Of a DNA stretch of 64,000 nucleotides, positions 45,717 to 56,001 are shown in pieces. The notes beneath the pieces were generated by a model, which worked only from the letters and a program-made list of their open reading frames with translations, made no database searches and was not told the DNA's origin. A program made the translations under genes and the position numbers. Numbering within the stretch: the stretch's first letter is position 1; the number at the start of each line of letters is the position of its first letter. The stretch covers positions 1 through 64,000 of the IMG/VR virus record IMGVR_UViG_3300034170_000100, one strand, 5' to 3'. This stretch comes from a virus.

Positions 45717-46184
45717 TTATGTGGTTTTTGCTTGACGAAACAGAGCATTGACGTACCCCACAGATATTCCGTACTCGGACGCTAGTAAGTTGGTCGGATT
45801 GCCTGCCTTTTTGCGTTCGACAATATCAGACACCTGTTTTGCGTTCAATTTTAAACGCTGGGTGCGGCGTCCTGATTGACGTCCAACGATAGCTATCATG
45901 TTCTCCCTGTGGGGGATATAACAGCACGCTTCAGGGGAATACTTTTTGTTACCCGACACTTTTGTGTCTTTGTCCAAATCATACTCAGGGCGCCACCCAT
46001 TAGTGATAGACCAGTCGTAGAACGCTTTGAAACTATCACGCCACTCTCGACATACCGTCACGCCTTTAGCACCGTACCATTGATACGGGACCGCAGACGG
46101 TACATAACAACGTGCAAGCATGTCTTGCCATTTACGGTAAAGCGGGTGGCGTGACAACCCGTGATTTTCACGGGGTTTACGCAT
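45717..46184 (-). CDS. HNH-related homing endonuclease with C-terminal HTH
   Basis: HGLS.HPLY..W..M..RC..YGAKGVTVCREW..F..DLDKD..GN..YSPE.C pattern. Confidence 0.8.
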   Translation of the reverse strand: MRKPRENHGLSRHPLYRKWQDMLARCYVPSAVPYQWYGAKGVTVCREWRDSFKAFYDWSITNGWRPEYDLDKDTKVSGNKKYSPEACCYIPHRENMIAIVGRQSGRRTQRLKLNAKQVSDIVERKKAGNPTNLLASEYGISVGYVNALFRQAKTT

Positions 46185-46890
46185 AATACGTATCCATCCT
46201 ATCAAGCACTTGTTGGATACAGTTGTCGATGAAGACTTCGTTGTCTGCCCACATCATCATTGGGCCACGGATGCGCGTATTGAGCGTGTCCTTCGTGACT
46301 TCCGTCTGATAGACGTGTTTGAACCCGACGTTACGTTCTTTGTCGGTAATTTTCAGCAAATCGCTGCCTTCAACCAAGTCGTCGATCTTCACCTTCTGGC
46401 ACATGAGCACCAGGGAGAAGTAGGCTTCGATGCCTTGGTTCTTGAGCGAACCGGCGACGGGGATTGCCGTTTCCATGACCATGGCGGTTTCGTTGTACAC
46501 GTCGAGCGTGTGCGCGAGGAAGATCACCTTCTTCGTGGACTTCGCAACGTCAACCTGCATGGTTGCCTTGAAGAACTCAGCAAAGTTGCCCCAGGCTGCG
46601 CGCCCGTCAGTTGCCGGCTTAACGAACTGGCTGATGTACATATCAAGCCAGAAAGTCAAGGTATCGACGACGATGACCTTGATGTGGTCCTGCTTCTCAG
46701 CCCAGGCGAAAGCATCGCGGACTTGAAGCGGGTTGGTCACCGTGCGTTGCACGAACTTGGCAGGGAACGGCAGGCGTTTACCGGCTTCGCAGTTCAGATA
46801 GAGAACTGACTCAGGATCACGCAGATTCCGCAGAGAAGCTGATTTGCCACTGCCGGATTTGCCACAAATAAGTGCCAAATGTTCATTCAT
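46177..46890 (-). CDS. Sak4-like AAA ATPase (N4 gp44-like)
   Basis: Walker A GKSGSGKS, Walker B IVVDT, GSLKNQGIEAYFS. Confidence 0.88.
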   Translation of the reverse strand: MNEHLALICGKSGSGKSASLRNLRDPESVLYLNCEAGKRLPFPAKFVQRTVTNPLQVRDAFAWAEKQDHIKVIVVDTLTFWLDMYISQFVKPATDGRAAWGNFAEFFKATMQVDVAKSTKKVIFLAHTLDVYNETAMVMETAIPVAGSLKNQGIEAYFSLVLMCQKVKIDDLVEGSDLLKITDKERNVGFKHVYQTEVTKDTLNTRIRGPMMMWADNEVFIDNCIQQVLDRMDTYYA

Positions 46891-46944
46891 GAAAAACTCC
46901 AGGTGTAAGATCACAAAAGCCCCGGGACGGGGCCAGTGTGAGAG

Positions 46945-49101
46945 TTAAGGACGTGCTGCCAGTTCTTTACCGACAGTGACCATGATAGAGCCGAGAATCT
47001 CGCCCTCGGTGAGTTTGTCTGCCAACTTATCGTTGAGAGACGACACGAGGTCTTTGATTTCAGCCCAGTTCTTGCCGGCTTCGATCAGCAGACGCGCATA
47101 ACGGTGTAACATAACGTTGCGGTTGCCATCGCCGGTGTTGTTGATGATCCAGCGTTCCAGGTTATCCATTTGTTGCTGGGTGCCCAGGCGATCCTGACGT
47201 TCCTGGTTTTTGCTGGTTTTCGGGATGAACGGCAGTACGTCAAACAGTTCACCTTCGGTTTGCTCAAAGTCACCCGGGTTGGACATCCACTTCTTGCTGC
47301 GGTGCGTACACGATTCGTCCACTTGGAACGGCAGAGACTCCAGCACGTTCTTCATGAACTCCTTGTATTCCTTCGCATCCATTTTCAGGACGTAGTTCGT
47401 CGGAAGCAGGATACGGTAGCGGTTTTCCGCTTCCGTGTGACGTTTTGTCGTGTAGTAGATGGCTGCGTAATCTTTCAGCAGCATCTTCGCCGTGGCCAGA
47501 TTCATGGTCCCATCAATGTCCAACACGATCATGTTGAACGCCGGGATGCACGTATCTTCCGTGCGATGGCCACCATGAACATGGTGGTTGAGCCAATGCA
47601 GATCGCCGCCTGTTACCAGACGTTCCAGCATCAGCCATGGCACAGTTTTGTTGAGGTAGCCCTGTGCTGGGTGTTCGCCGGGGTTGCCGCGAGCATACGA
47701 CACAATCATCTTCGTCAGGTCGGTGACCTGTAAGCATTCGCCACGGATAAATTCGATCCCGTCGGTGAACGCCTTTTTGATGACGATGTTGTTCTTGTAG
47801 CCCCAGGCAATTGCCATCTTGACCATATCCGCCCGGATAGCCTGACTTCCCTTGTAATAAGGCAAATCCTGCATCAGGTCGGGCTCGGTGACTTCTGCCC
47901 CGCAGTTACCGAGGTATCGGGCCAATTTGACATACGGCCGCTCACGAGACAGCAGAAGCTCGAAAGCCTTACCGCTTTCTTCAGCCAGCTTCACGGCTTG
48001 GTAAAAATGCTCCGGCAACAGTTCCGGGGAACCGCTGATGAATGCATATGCACCGGCCGCTTTCAAAGCCTTGAAGTAGCGGTGAGAAATTTCCGCTTTG
48101 CGTTGTTCTTCGTGTTCCGGCAGTGCTTCGGCAATACGCTCACAGTCAATCTTGTACTGGATCACCAGCAAGCTGGTTTCCTTGGACATAGTCAAGACTG
48201 TGTTCATGTTGTGTGCGTCGGCCAGGTAACCCAGGCGTTCGCTGAAATCATCGACAAACACGGACGAAGTTTTATTCGTCATGCGGTCGTAGATCTCATT
48301 GGCAGACAACGACAGATCGCGTGTGCTTTCTTTACCGAAGCTGAAGAATGAACGACGTGCATAGCCGGTATCCAGCAACGACATCAGTTCTTCTTCGATC
48401 TTGCCACCGTCAAGCAACTTGGACGGTGTACCGAACATCATGAGGTTCGTTGGCGTGTTGCCATTAATTTCCTCGTGACGGACGTTCTCGGCGGTGACTT
48501 TGGTGATTTTCTGGCGAATGCCCCCAATGTCGTACAACTCCAAGAACGTGGTGAGCACTTCGCTTGCCGAAGTCAGGTTAGACCCGATTTCGTCGATGAT
48601 CAGGTTCAAGGCGCCTGAGTCTGCAAGCAACAGTTTGTGCCGCATCTGCTTCACAGCTGCTGGGGTGCCTGAGTCGAAGCTATACACAAGGGGACCGAGG
48701 GAAGCGAATTCCTTCTTGGTCTTTTCCAGTTCAAAGTCGTAATCCGTCTGGTCACGGCTGGAACGCTTGAGCGCCAGCTTCTCCAGATTCGGTTCGGCGA
48801 TGTACGGGAAGTTTTCCAGGAACTGCTCACGGAATCGGTTGGTGATTTCCTTTTCCAGAATGTTCGTGGAGAAACCCTTACCGGCGCCGGATGTTGCCAG
48901 GTTCAGGGCGTACATGTTGACCGGGATGTCACCGCGGTCGTGTGTGCGAATTAGCACTCGCATCTGCGAAGCAATCATGCACAGGTGGAACGTGGTCAGT
49001 ACCCGGAAGAACAGATGGTTCGAACTCTGTGTCTTTTCACACAGAATTCGTACAACGTCTTCAACGTCAGGGTTATAGGGCATGTCTTCTACAGCAATCA
49101 T
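46945..49101 (-). CDS. DNA primase (N4 gp43-like)
   Basis: SGAGKG P-loop, LDID, YTTKRH, PriCT-like GDGNRN. Confidence 0.88.
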   Translation of the reverse strand: MIAVEDMPYNPDVEDVVRILCEKTQSSNHLFFRVLTTFHLCMIASQMRVLIRTHDRGDIPVNMYALNLATSGAGKGFSTNILEKEITNRFREQFLENFPYIAEPNLEKLALKRSSRDQTDYDFELEKTKKEFASLGPLVYSFDSGTPAAVKQMRHKLLLADSGALNLIIDEIGSNLTSASEVLTTFLELYDIGGIRQKITKVTAENVRHEEINGNTPTNLMMFGTPSKLLDGGKIEEELMSLLDTGYARRSFFSFGKESTRDLSLSANEIYDRMTNKTSSVFVDDFSERLGYLADAHNMNTVLTMSKETSLLVIQYKIDCERIAEALPEHEEQRKAEISHRYFKALKAAGAYAFISGSPELLPEHFYQAVKLAEESGKAFELLLSRERPYVKLARYLGNCGAEVTEPDLMQDLPYYKGSQAIRADMVKMAIAWGYKNNIVIKKAFTDGIEFIRGECLQVTDLTKMIVSYARGNPGEHPAQGYLNKTVPWLMLERLVTGGDLHWLNHHVHGGHRTEDTCIPAFNMIVLDIDGTMNLATAKMLLKDYAAIYYTTKRHTEAENRYRILLPTNYVLKMDAKEYKEFMKNVLESLPFQVDESCTHRSKKWMSNPGDFEQTEGELFDVLPFIPKTSKNQERQDRLGTQQQMDNLERWIINNTGDGNRNVMLHRYARLLIEAGKNWAEIKDLVSSLNDKLADKLTEGEILGSIMVTVGKELAARP

Positions 49102-49119
49102 CGTATTCTCCGGGTTCTG

Positions 49120-50103
49120 TTACAGGATGAGGTCGCCGGCTGCAATCAGCGCATCCTTTTGCTTGCAAGCAAGGAATGCATTGCAATATTTGCAGCCAGT
49201 TACACCGCCTCGCTTGGTAACGAGGACGCCGCCTTTGGTAGCAACGTGCAGGTCAGCTTCAGCTTTGTCGGTGAAGTTTTTGGAGGAACGAGCACCAGGC
49301 TCATGTGCTTTTTCTGGTTTGGCGAACCACCGGTACGTGTCTTCCTTGCGCCACAGCTCTTTGTCGGTGCATTGAGGCATTTGCTCCTCATCTGCATGTT
49401 CAAGGTCGATCAGCTGCTGAACCTTGCGTTCCACCCACTTATCCGTCTCTTCATAGCTCATAAGCTGGAGCTTGCGAGTATGCATGCGGGCCGGTGGGTA
49501 GTTGTCAGGATTCATGTTGCGGTCCCGGCCATTCCAGTCGGTGAACTGGAACGTCAGGTTCATCCAGTCCTTGGTGACCAAGGTCGGATTCAACCACCGA
49601 TACATGCTGCCCTGCAAGATGTAGTGCTCGAAGTCAGCGTTCAGGAACTTCCACACGGATGTGTTCTTCAAGTCCTCGACGGCACCGTCGCCGATGAAGT
49701 CGAACTTGCCGGTCACACGGACGCCTAGGACTGTCTTGGCGCTGCGGATCTCCGTATAGACGGCGATGATTCCGCCTGCGGCTACTTCCTCGGCAGAGGG
49801 GTTCACACGCACCTTGCTGGCCACACCCTTCGGGTAACCCAGGCGAATAAGTGTGTTTACCAGCTTGGGGGATTTCCAGGCCGCTTCGAAAGCGTCGTGG
49901 ATCGCGGTGCCATTACTGGATGCAGCTAGATCAGCCACATCGGTGGACGCCATGCCCTCGGGCACTCGACGGGCCAGGATGATTTGCTTTACTGGTTTCA
50001 GCAGTGCTGTTACCGACAAGCCGGCCTCTTCCCGGTCATACGTCTCGTGTGCCAGGTAAACCTGGGCGAACAGCGACAAACCAGTGTTATTGGTGTACTT
50101 CAT
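49120..50103 (-). CDS. PD-(D/E)xK exonuclease (N4 gp42-like)
   Basis: GTAIHD, TGKFD, EDLK, C-terminal CKYC..C. Confidence 0.85.
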   Translation of the reverse strand: MKYTNNTGLSLFAQVYLAHETYDREEAGLSVTALLKPVKQIILARRVPEGMASTDVADLAASSNGTAIHDAFEAAWKSPKLVNTLIRLGYPKGVASKVRVNPSAEEVAAGGIIAVYTEIRSAKTVLGVRVTGKFDFIGDGAVEDLKNTSVWKFLNADFEHYILQGSMYRWLNPTLVTKDWMNLTFQFTDWNGRDRNMNPDNYPPARMHTRKLQLMSYEETDKWVERKVQQLIDLEHADEEQMPQCTDKELWRKEDTYRWFAKPEKAHEPGARSSKNFTDKAEADLHVATKGGVLVTKRGGVTGCKYCNAFLACKQKDALIAAGDLIL

Positions 50104-50462
50104 GCGTTGTGCTCCGGTTGTTCAGCCAGCCACGCCCCAAGGGTGCGATGGGCTTCTTTGAGATCTTGGTAGACAGTTTTACCTCCCGTGCGGCACCCGG
50201 GCACCAGCAATTTCTTGCGTGTGTGGTACAGGCGGGACGAAGGCAGTGGGAACAGGTCATCGATACGGTAGGTATCGATAGCTGCCCAGTGAGCTGGAAG
50301 GACTTTCCAGTACGCCGGATAGTCCTTGGCGAGCTGAGCAGCTTCTTTGTCGTTTAACCCTTTGGTAACCAGCGGAACGACGAGGGTCGAGTTTTCCCCC
50401 TTGTTGATCGTTACATGGTATATGCCGGATTCGAAAATCTGGGCGTGCAGGGACTCACTCAT
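50100..50462 (-). CDS. hypothetical protein
   Basis: ATGA coupling on both sides. Confidence 0.65.
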   Translation of the reverse strand: MSESLHAQIFESGIYHVTINKGENSTLVVPLVTKGLNDKEAAQLAKDYPAYWKVLPAHWAAIDTYRIDDLFPLPSSRLYHTRKKLLVPGCRTGGKTVYQDLKEAHRTLGAWLAEQPEHNA

Positions 50463-50920
50463 GAGGTTTCCTTCTTCAGTTGGTGGCGTTGGCGCAGTTC
50501 GGCCAACGATGGTTCATGACGCACCAAAGAGCGGGGCTCCAGGTGCTTTGTCATACGGAGGATGACCAGCTTTGCCGCTGCCATGTACCGGCGTGCTTGC
50601 CGGTCCGATAGGCGCAGTACGCTGGCCAGATGCTCGCTTGAGATGTTCTCCATGTAGGAGAGCACGGCGAACAGGCGCGTCGGTGACAAGTTGCCACCGG
50701 AACCATGATCCAAGGTGCAGACACCGGTCACGATATTTTCGATTAGCGTGTTGTCGCCCAGGCGTTTGAAAAACGCGAAGCGTTGGTGATGCGGGTTCTG
50801 TAGAAAGCGCACACGGTTGGAGCTTGGCGTGTACTCGCGCTGCAAGTGCATGTTCACTCGATCCGTTCCTGATTGGCCCAACGATGCGGCCAGCGATGGG
50901 TAGCTATCCTGCAAATTCAT
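50459..50920 (-). CDS. hypothetical protein with HTH-like segment
   Basis: ISSEHLASVLRLSDRQARRY. Confidence 0.65.
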   Translation of the reverse strand: MNLQDSYPSLAASLGQSGTDRVNMHLQREYTPSSNRVRFLQNPHHQRFAFFKRLGDNTLIENIVTGVCTLDHGSGGNLSPTRLFAVLSYMENISSEHLASVLRLSDRQARRYMAAAKLVILRMTKHLEPRSLVRHEPSLAELRQRHQLKKETS

Positions 50921-51165
50921 GGGGTCACCTGTGGTTAATTTTTGGTCAATCGAAACGGACCCATGTATATAGAGGGGACTCTCCTCCCCGATTCGCTATG
51001 CGATCATGAAGGCTCCCGGAGGGAGCGACTCCCCTCATCCCCCACACCCACACCCACCCACGGACTCGACACGCCGAGCGGGGTGCCAGGAGGGTCGCGC
51101 AGCGAACCCGACGCCCGCACCGTAGCGGAGGCGGGGAGAGGCCAAAAGAGATAAAAAATAGACAA

Positions 51166-51195
51166 CAAAAAACCCGCCAGAGTAGTGGCGGGTTT
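51166..51195 (-). terminator. intrinsic terminator
   Basis: minus AAACCCGCCA-CTACTC-TGGCGGGTTT followed by TTTG. Confidence 0.7.
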
Positions 51196-51414
51196 CGGTC
51201 TAGAGCACTGATTTTCAAGGAGAAAGATAGGATTTTGCTGCTGACCGTGGATGCAGAGTATTACGGTAATAGCGCTGCGTCAAGCACGCAAACCCCACCG
51301 TCTTACCCATCCCGGCACTCGTTCGCTACGCTCACTCGATTGGGCGGGACGACGGATGGTGTTTGCTAAGGGAAAGGGGTGTAGAATCCCGTTCAATTAT
51401 GTTAAGGGGGCTTT

Positions 51415-52707
51415 ATGAGCCAAGTTTGTTCAATCACCCCAACCGGTGACTATGTTTGCGGTACAGGGGACTGGACCGGGCCAAAGCCTGGCGATCCAAA
51501 CACATCCGATATTCTGCTGACGGCAGTGCCTGCCTTTGGTGGCATTGACGTGAACTGGACATGGCCAGATACCTACCCGGAGGCTGTTGCGTACACCACT
51601 ATTTATCGTGGCACTGGCAATGACTTTAATGCGGCAACTGTCCGTATTGCAGCTGCCTCCGGCAATTTCTTTTACGATGCTGTCGAAGATGCTGTAGCAA
51701 CTCGGTACTACTACTGGATCATGCTCACGTCTATTTATGGTACCAAATCTCAGTTGATCGGCCCTACCTGGGCAGTTGCGAAGCCTCGCATCGAACAAAT
51801 GATCGAAGATTTGACAGGTCAGATCGATAATGGTGTTTTGGCTCCGGCCCTCAAGAATGAGATTGCCCGGATCGAATTGAACGCTCTGGGGATTACCCAG
51901 GAGATTCTTGATCGTGCTGCCGAAGACGAAGCCATTGGCGCTGAAGTGCGCACAGTAGGCGCGTACACGGGTGAAACCCGGGCGCTGCTGCAAGAGGAAG
52001 TGCTAGCGCGTACCGAGCAAGGCAGTGCTTTCGTTTCCACGGTAAACACGTTGTGGGCTGAGGTAAATGGCAACATTGCCTCTATCCAAGTGCAGCAGAC
52101 AGCCTTGTCTAGCCAAGTGCAGACTTTGGCACAGCAATTGACCACCTTGGAGTCACAGGTGGGCGAGGATTTAGCCCAGGTACTGCAAACAATGCAGACC
52201 AAGATTGATGTGGTTGACGGCAAAGTCGTCGCTATCGGCGCCTTGTACACAGCACAAGTGAACGTAAATGGGCTGATCGGCGGCTTTGGTGTTTACAACG
52301 ATGGTACTACAGTAGAAGCCGGTTTTGATGTCGATCGGTTCTGGATTGGGCGCACTGGCACCAATAAGCGGAAACCTTTTATCATTGATAACAACGTCGT
52401 CTATATCGACGATGCTGCGATCAATAAGTTGGTATTTAGCAAGCTCCGTGATGAATCCGGTAGCTTTGTTGTCGCCAATGGCAAGATCCAGGCACAATAC
52501 CTGTCTGTCGACACCCTTGTTGTAAACCAGGCACAATCTCTGAATTTTGTTTCTGGTATATCAGGTTGGTCTTTCAACCGTGACGGTACAGTGGAAATTA
52601 ATGGTCCTACTGGTGGTGGTGGGCGACTTGTAATCACCAACAGGGCAATTAAAGTATTTGACGGGAATAACGTCAAACGTGTTCAGTTAGGGGACATGAC
52701 AGCATGA
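51415..52707 (+). CDS. tail protein (FN3-like N-terminus, coiled coil, DUF1983/gpJ-like C-terminus)
   Basis: YYYWI, IGGFG, PFIIDNNVVYIDDA and RVQLG motifs. Confidence 0.8.
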   Translation: MSQVCSITPTGDYVCGTGDWTGPKPGDPNTSDILLTAVPAFGGIDVNWTWPDTYPEAVAYTTIYRGTGNDFNAATVRIAAASGNFFYDAVEDAVATRYYYWIMLTSIYGTKSQLIGPTWAVAKPRIEQMIEDLTGQIDNGVLAPALKNEIARIELNALGITQEILDRAAEDEAIGAEVRTVGAYTGETRALLQEEVLARTEQGSAFVSTVNTLWAEVNGNIASIQVQQTALSSQVQTLAQQLTTLESQVGEDLAQVLQTMQTKIDVVDGKVVAIGALYTAQVNVNGLIGGFGVYNDGTTVEAGFDVDRFWIGRTGTNKRKPFIIDNNVVYIDDAAINKLVFSKLRDESGSFVVANGKIQAQYLSVDTLVVNQAQSLNFVSGISGWSFNRDGTVEINGPTGGGGRLVITNRAIKVFDGNNVKRVQLGDMTA

Positions 52708-53033
52708 CTTATAGTCTAGGTACTTGGGGGCCGACAGGCGGGGCTGAAATAACTGATGATTCTTTTACAGTTAGCACTACTTACACGGCTATCATCTCTA
52801 AAGGTGCAGGGCGTTCGGTATTTATACCAATTACGGGCGTAAGTCCGTCTACGCACTCTGCTGTGTGTATTCCGGTGACTGACTACCCTACAGATGGTCA
52901 ATTTACTCAGGCTATTCAGTTCACCCCTATTGTTTCGGAGGGGGGCGTAACTGTTTATTTTGGATCGCCTGCGGCTAACACTGGGCCTACAGGAAGTACC
53001 CCACAACGGCTTCTTGTAATGAGGTTTCGATAA
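52704..53033 (+). CDS. tail-associated protein
   Basis: beta-rich ORF coupled to the tail gene. Confidence 0.65.
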   Translation: MTYSLGTWGPTGGAEITDDSFTVSTTYTAIISKGAGRSVFIPITGVSPSTHSAVCIPVTDYPTDGQFTQAIQFTPIVSEGGVTVYFGSPAANTGPTGSTPQRLLVMRFR

Positions 53034-53689
53034 TGTCCTATGGTTTGGCTTTTACCAATAACGATAGCACTGTTATTCTGGACTCGGAGTTTGCACGCCT
53101 GGTTATTGTGCAACAGGGCACGTGGTCAGGCACTGGGGCGGGTGTGGGCGTGGCTTTCACTGTGCCTGTTACTACAGCAGAGCCGCCTTTGGTATTTGTG
53201 CGTCCGGCGCAGTCAAATGTATTTTGTTTCTGTAAAATATTAGGAACTCCAGGTAACTGGACAGGTTTCTCTTTTGTTGGCATTACAGGCCAAGCCACAT
53301 CAGGTTCCTGGTTTTCTGGTGTCTTTAAATCTCAACCGTTAGAAGACTACGGATTACGCTTGTGGGATGCCGCTTCGACATTGCTTTTTGACTCCGGGAC
53401 ACCCGTAGCACAATTCACACGGATTTTATCTTCGTGGCAGTACTTAGGGTCTGTACCAACTTCTCAAGGTGTATCTATGTTGTCATGGACTGCACCTTCA
53501 CCCCTTAATACAGGGGATTTTATGTTATTAAACAATATTGCAATGGATATGGCAGGTATCACATCCAGGCAGGGTAATATGTACGCTTACTGGGAATACA
53601 ACAACAATAGGCTTGTTATTAAAGCTGTTGGTGTGGATTTGCCTATAGCCTTTTATATGCCTGTTGTGTTTGCAAAAGCACCTGCATAA
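53033..53689 (+). CDS. tail-associated protein
   Basis: MSYGL and YGLRLWDA..LLFDS repeats typical of tail-tip accessory proteins. Confidence 0.7.
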   Translation: MSYGLAFTNNDSTVILDSEFARLVIVQQGTWSGTGAGVGVAFTVPVTTAEPPLVFVRPAQSNVFCFCKILGTPGNWTGFSFVGITGQATSGSWFSGVFKSQPLEDYGLRLWDAASTLLFDSGTPVAQFTRILSSWQYLGSVPTSQGVSMLSWTAPSPLNTGDFMLLNNIAMDMAGITSRQGNMYAYWEYNNNRLVIKAVGVDLPIAFYMPVVFAKAPA

Positions 53690-53757
53690 TGCTGCGTAAC
53701 TGGATTTTGTGTATACTATTTTTCGTAGTGCCATGATAAACACATAGGAGACAGTCG

Positions 53758-56001
53758 ATGACTGCCGTTATTTTCAAATTTCAAAAGCCTGATGGCGAAC
53801 CGGTGGTGGGGGCACCCTTCACGGTTACGTTACGTAAGCCTACATTCGACGAAACAACTGAGGAGGGCATTCTGCTGCCTGGCGTTATCGAAGGCATTAC
53901 TGATGCCCAAGGCGTGTGTACGCTTGAATTGGCGCCAGGCTATGGCCTGTATTACCTTTCCATGGTCACGCCTGGGGCGGTTGAAGATGTTGAAGGATGC
54001 GTATCCGGGTTGCATTACAAATTCATCGTCCCTGAAGGACTGGTCACTGCCCGGGTAGAAACCCTGATTGTTACCTCACCAACATGGTCACGGCCCTGGG
54101 ATGAACAGGCTTTGGTTGTTATCACTGAGGCAAAGGTGTCAGCCTTGGCTTCGGCTGAGCGTGCTGAGACAGCTGCGCAAACCATTGAAGGCGATGCTGA
54201 ATCTGCCCGAGATAGTGCGGTAGAAGCACTGCTCAGCAAAAATACTGCTGTTGCCGCCGCTTCCATAGCCTCCGATGCAGCTACTGCTGCCGGGCTCTCT
54301 GAGGTTGCAGCCAAGGCCAGCGAAGACGCGGCTGATGCATCTGAACTTGCTGCCTGGCAGTCTGCAATTACGGCAAGCACTCAGGCGGGTATTTCCATAG
54401 ATGCAAGCAACCTGGCAAAACGCTGGGCGTCTGAAAATGAAAACGTAGTGGTAGCCGACGACAAAGAGTCGTCCTACTCCTATTCGCGCAAAGCTGCTAC
54501 CAGCGCTACGGATGCTGCTGCATCTGCGGGCACTTCGGGTACTCAGGCTGGTCTGGCAACTGCCGCTAAAATGGCTGCTGAAGCTGCGGCGGTCACTGCT
54601 ACAGATGGAGCCAATGTGGCATCGGGTTCTGCTGCTACTGCATTGACTGAAGCCAACCGCTCCAAGGTAGAAGCGGATCGTGCAGAGGGGTATGCAAGTG
54701 CGTTGACGGGTTCGTTGGTTGAGGCCGGCTCTGTTGATCTGTCCAGTAACCAGTATCCTGCAAAACCCGTTTTTTCCAGTTTTTGGAAGGTGGTTATAGG
54801 TGGTGCGGTCGGCGGTGTTGACTACGGCATCGGCGACACTCTCGTTTATTCCAAGACCCTGGACCAATTCTACAAGATCGACAATACCGAGTCTGTCAGC
54901 TCTGTAAACGGTAAAACCGGTGCGGTGACTCTGGTCAAGGCTGATGTGGGTCTGTCCCAGGTTGATAACACGGCCGATGCAAACAAGCCTGTCTCTGCGG
55001 CGCAGCAAACTGCTTTGAACGGTAAACAGGCAAGCGCAGCCAACCTCACTGCATTCGCTGGTTTGACTGGTGCTATTGACCAGCTCCCTTATTTCACCGG
55101 CGCCGGGGCATTGTCGCTGTCAACCCTGACTGCTAAAGCGCGTCTGCTTAATGCCCGCACTGATGCTGCTGGTATGCGCACTGAGATATCCGCCGCATCA
55201 AGCGGGGCGAATAGTGATATCACCAGTCTATCAGCAATGACTACCCCGCTATCTGTTACACAGGGAGGCACAGGGGGAAGTTCGCAAGCAGGTGCTCAGG
55301 CGGCCTTGGGGCTAGTTCCAGTTTCTTCTAATGTTGATACCACCCCAGGTAGGGTATTAACCACTGGCTGGATGGGGTTGGGTGGTAATGTTTTACCGTG
55401 GAGTGGTAACGCACAAAACCCTGACGTGTACCTGACCGGTGGATCATACTGGGGCGAGTTCACTATGGTCGACTGGAATGGTACCGGGACAGGATCAAGT
55501 CCTGTTGCTGGGTATCTGGTTGTCACTTGTGGTGGTGATGATACATTTAAGGATCAAGTATTTAAAAACGGCGCTAATGGTACGATGTTTACACGTTCGC
55601 GTAATAGCTCTACAACATGGAGTGGATGGGCGAAAACATACAATAGTATTAATGCCACGCAAGACCCACAAACACTATTTGGCCTTATGTCTTCTACAGT
55701 AGTTAGTGGTTGGACAATTGAAAAATTTGCAAATGGTACTTGTATTGTCGCGGGCACCTTTACTAGCGCTAGTCTCGCCGCTAACTCGGTAACATATGCG
55801 GATATAACTGTACCCACTGTTTTAGTTAACGGAGCCGTGGCGGGAGTTACAGCGTCAGCAACTCCAACTATAAATTCGGATATTTCGGCGATAAACGCCG
55901 TTATGAGTACCGATACTTTGGCGCGTTTAACTATACGTAATGGATCTTCCCCTCAGTCATCGCTATTTCGTATAAAAATTATTGGACGGTGGAAAGCATG
56001 A
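53758..56001 (+). CDS. tail fibre / receptor-binding protein
   Basis: Ala/Ser-rich stalk, VSSVNGKTGAVTL, GANSDITSL..QGGTG, C-terminal KFANGT..IGRWK. Confidence 0.9.
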   Translation: MTAVIFKFQKPDGEPVVGAPFTVTLRKPTFDETTEEGILLPGVIEGITDAQGVCTLELAPGYGLYYLSMVTPGAVEDVEGCVSGLHYKFIVPEGLVTARVETLIVTSPTWSRPWDEQALVVITEAKVSALASAERAETAAQTIEGDAESARDSAVEALLSKNTAVAAASIASDAATAAGLSEVAAKASEDAADASELAAWQSAITASTQAGISIDASNLAKRWASENENVVVADDKESSYSYSRKAATSATDAAASAGTSGTQAGLATAAKMAAEAAAVTATDGANVASGSAATALTEANRSKVEADRAEGYASALTGSLVEAGSVDLSSNQYPAKPVFSSFWKVVIGGAVGGVDYGIGDTLVYSKTLDQFYKIDNTESVSSVNGKTGAVTLVKADVGLSQVDNTADANKPVSAAQQTALNGKQASAANLTAFAGLTGAIDQLPYFTGAGALSLSTLTAKARLLNARTDAAGMRTEISAASSGANSDITSLSAMTTPLSVTQGGTGGSSQAGAQAALGLVPVSSNVDTTPGRVLTTGWMGLGGNVLPWSGNAQNPDVYLTGGSYWGEFTMVDWNGTGTGSSPVAGYLVVTCGGDDTFKDQVFKNGANGTMFTRSRNSSTTWSGWAKTYNSINATQDPQTLFGLMSSTVVSGWTIEKFANGTCIVAGTFTSASLAANSVTYADITVPTVLVNGAVAGVTASATPTINSDISAINAVMSTDTLARLTIRNGSSPQSSLFRIKIIGRWKA

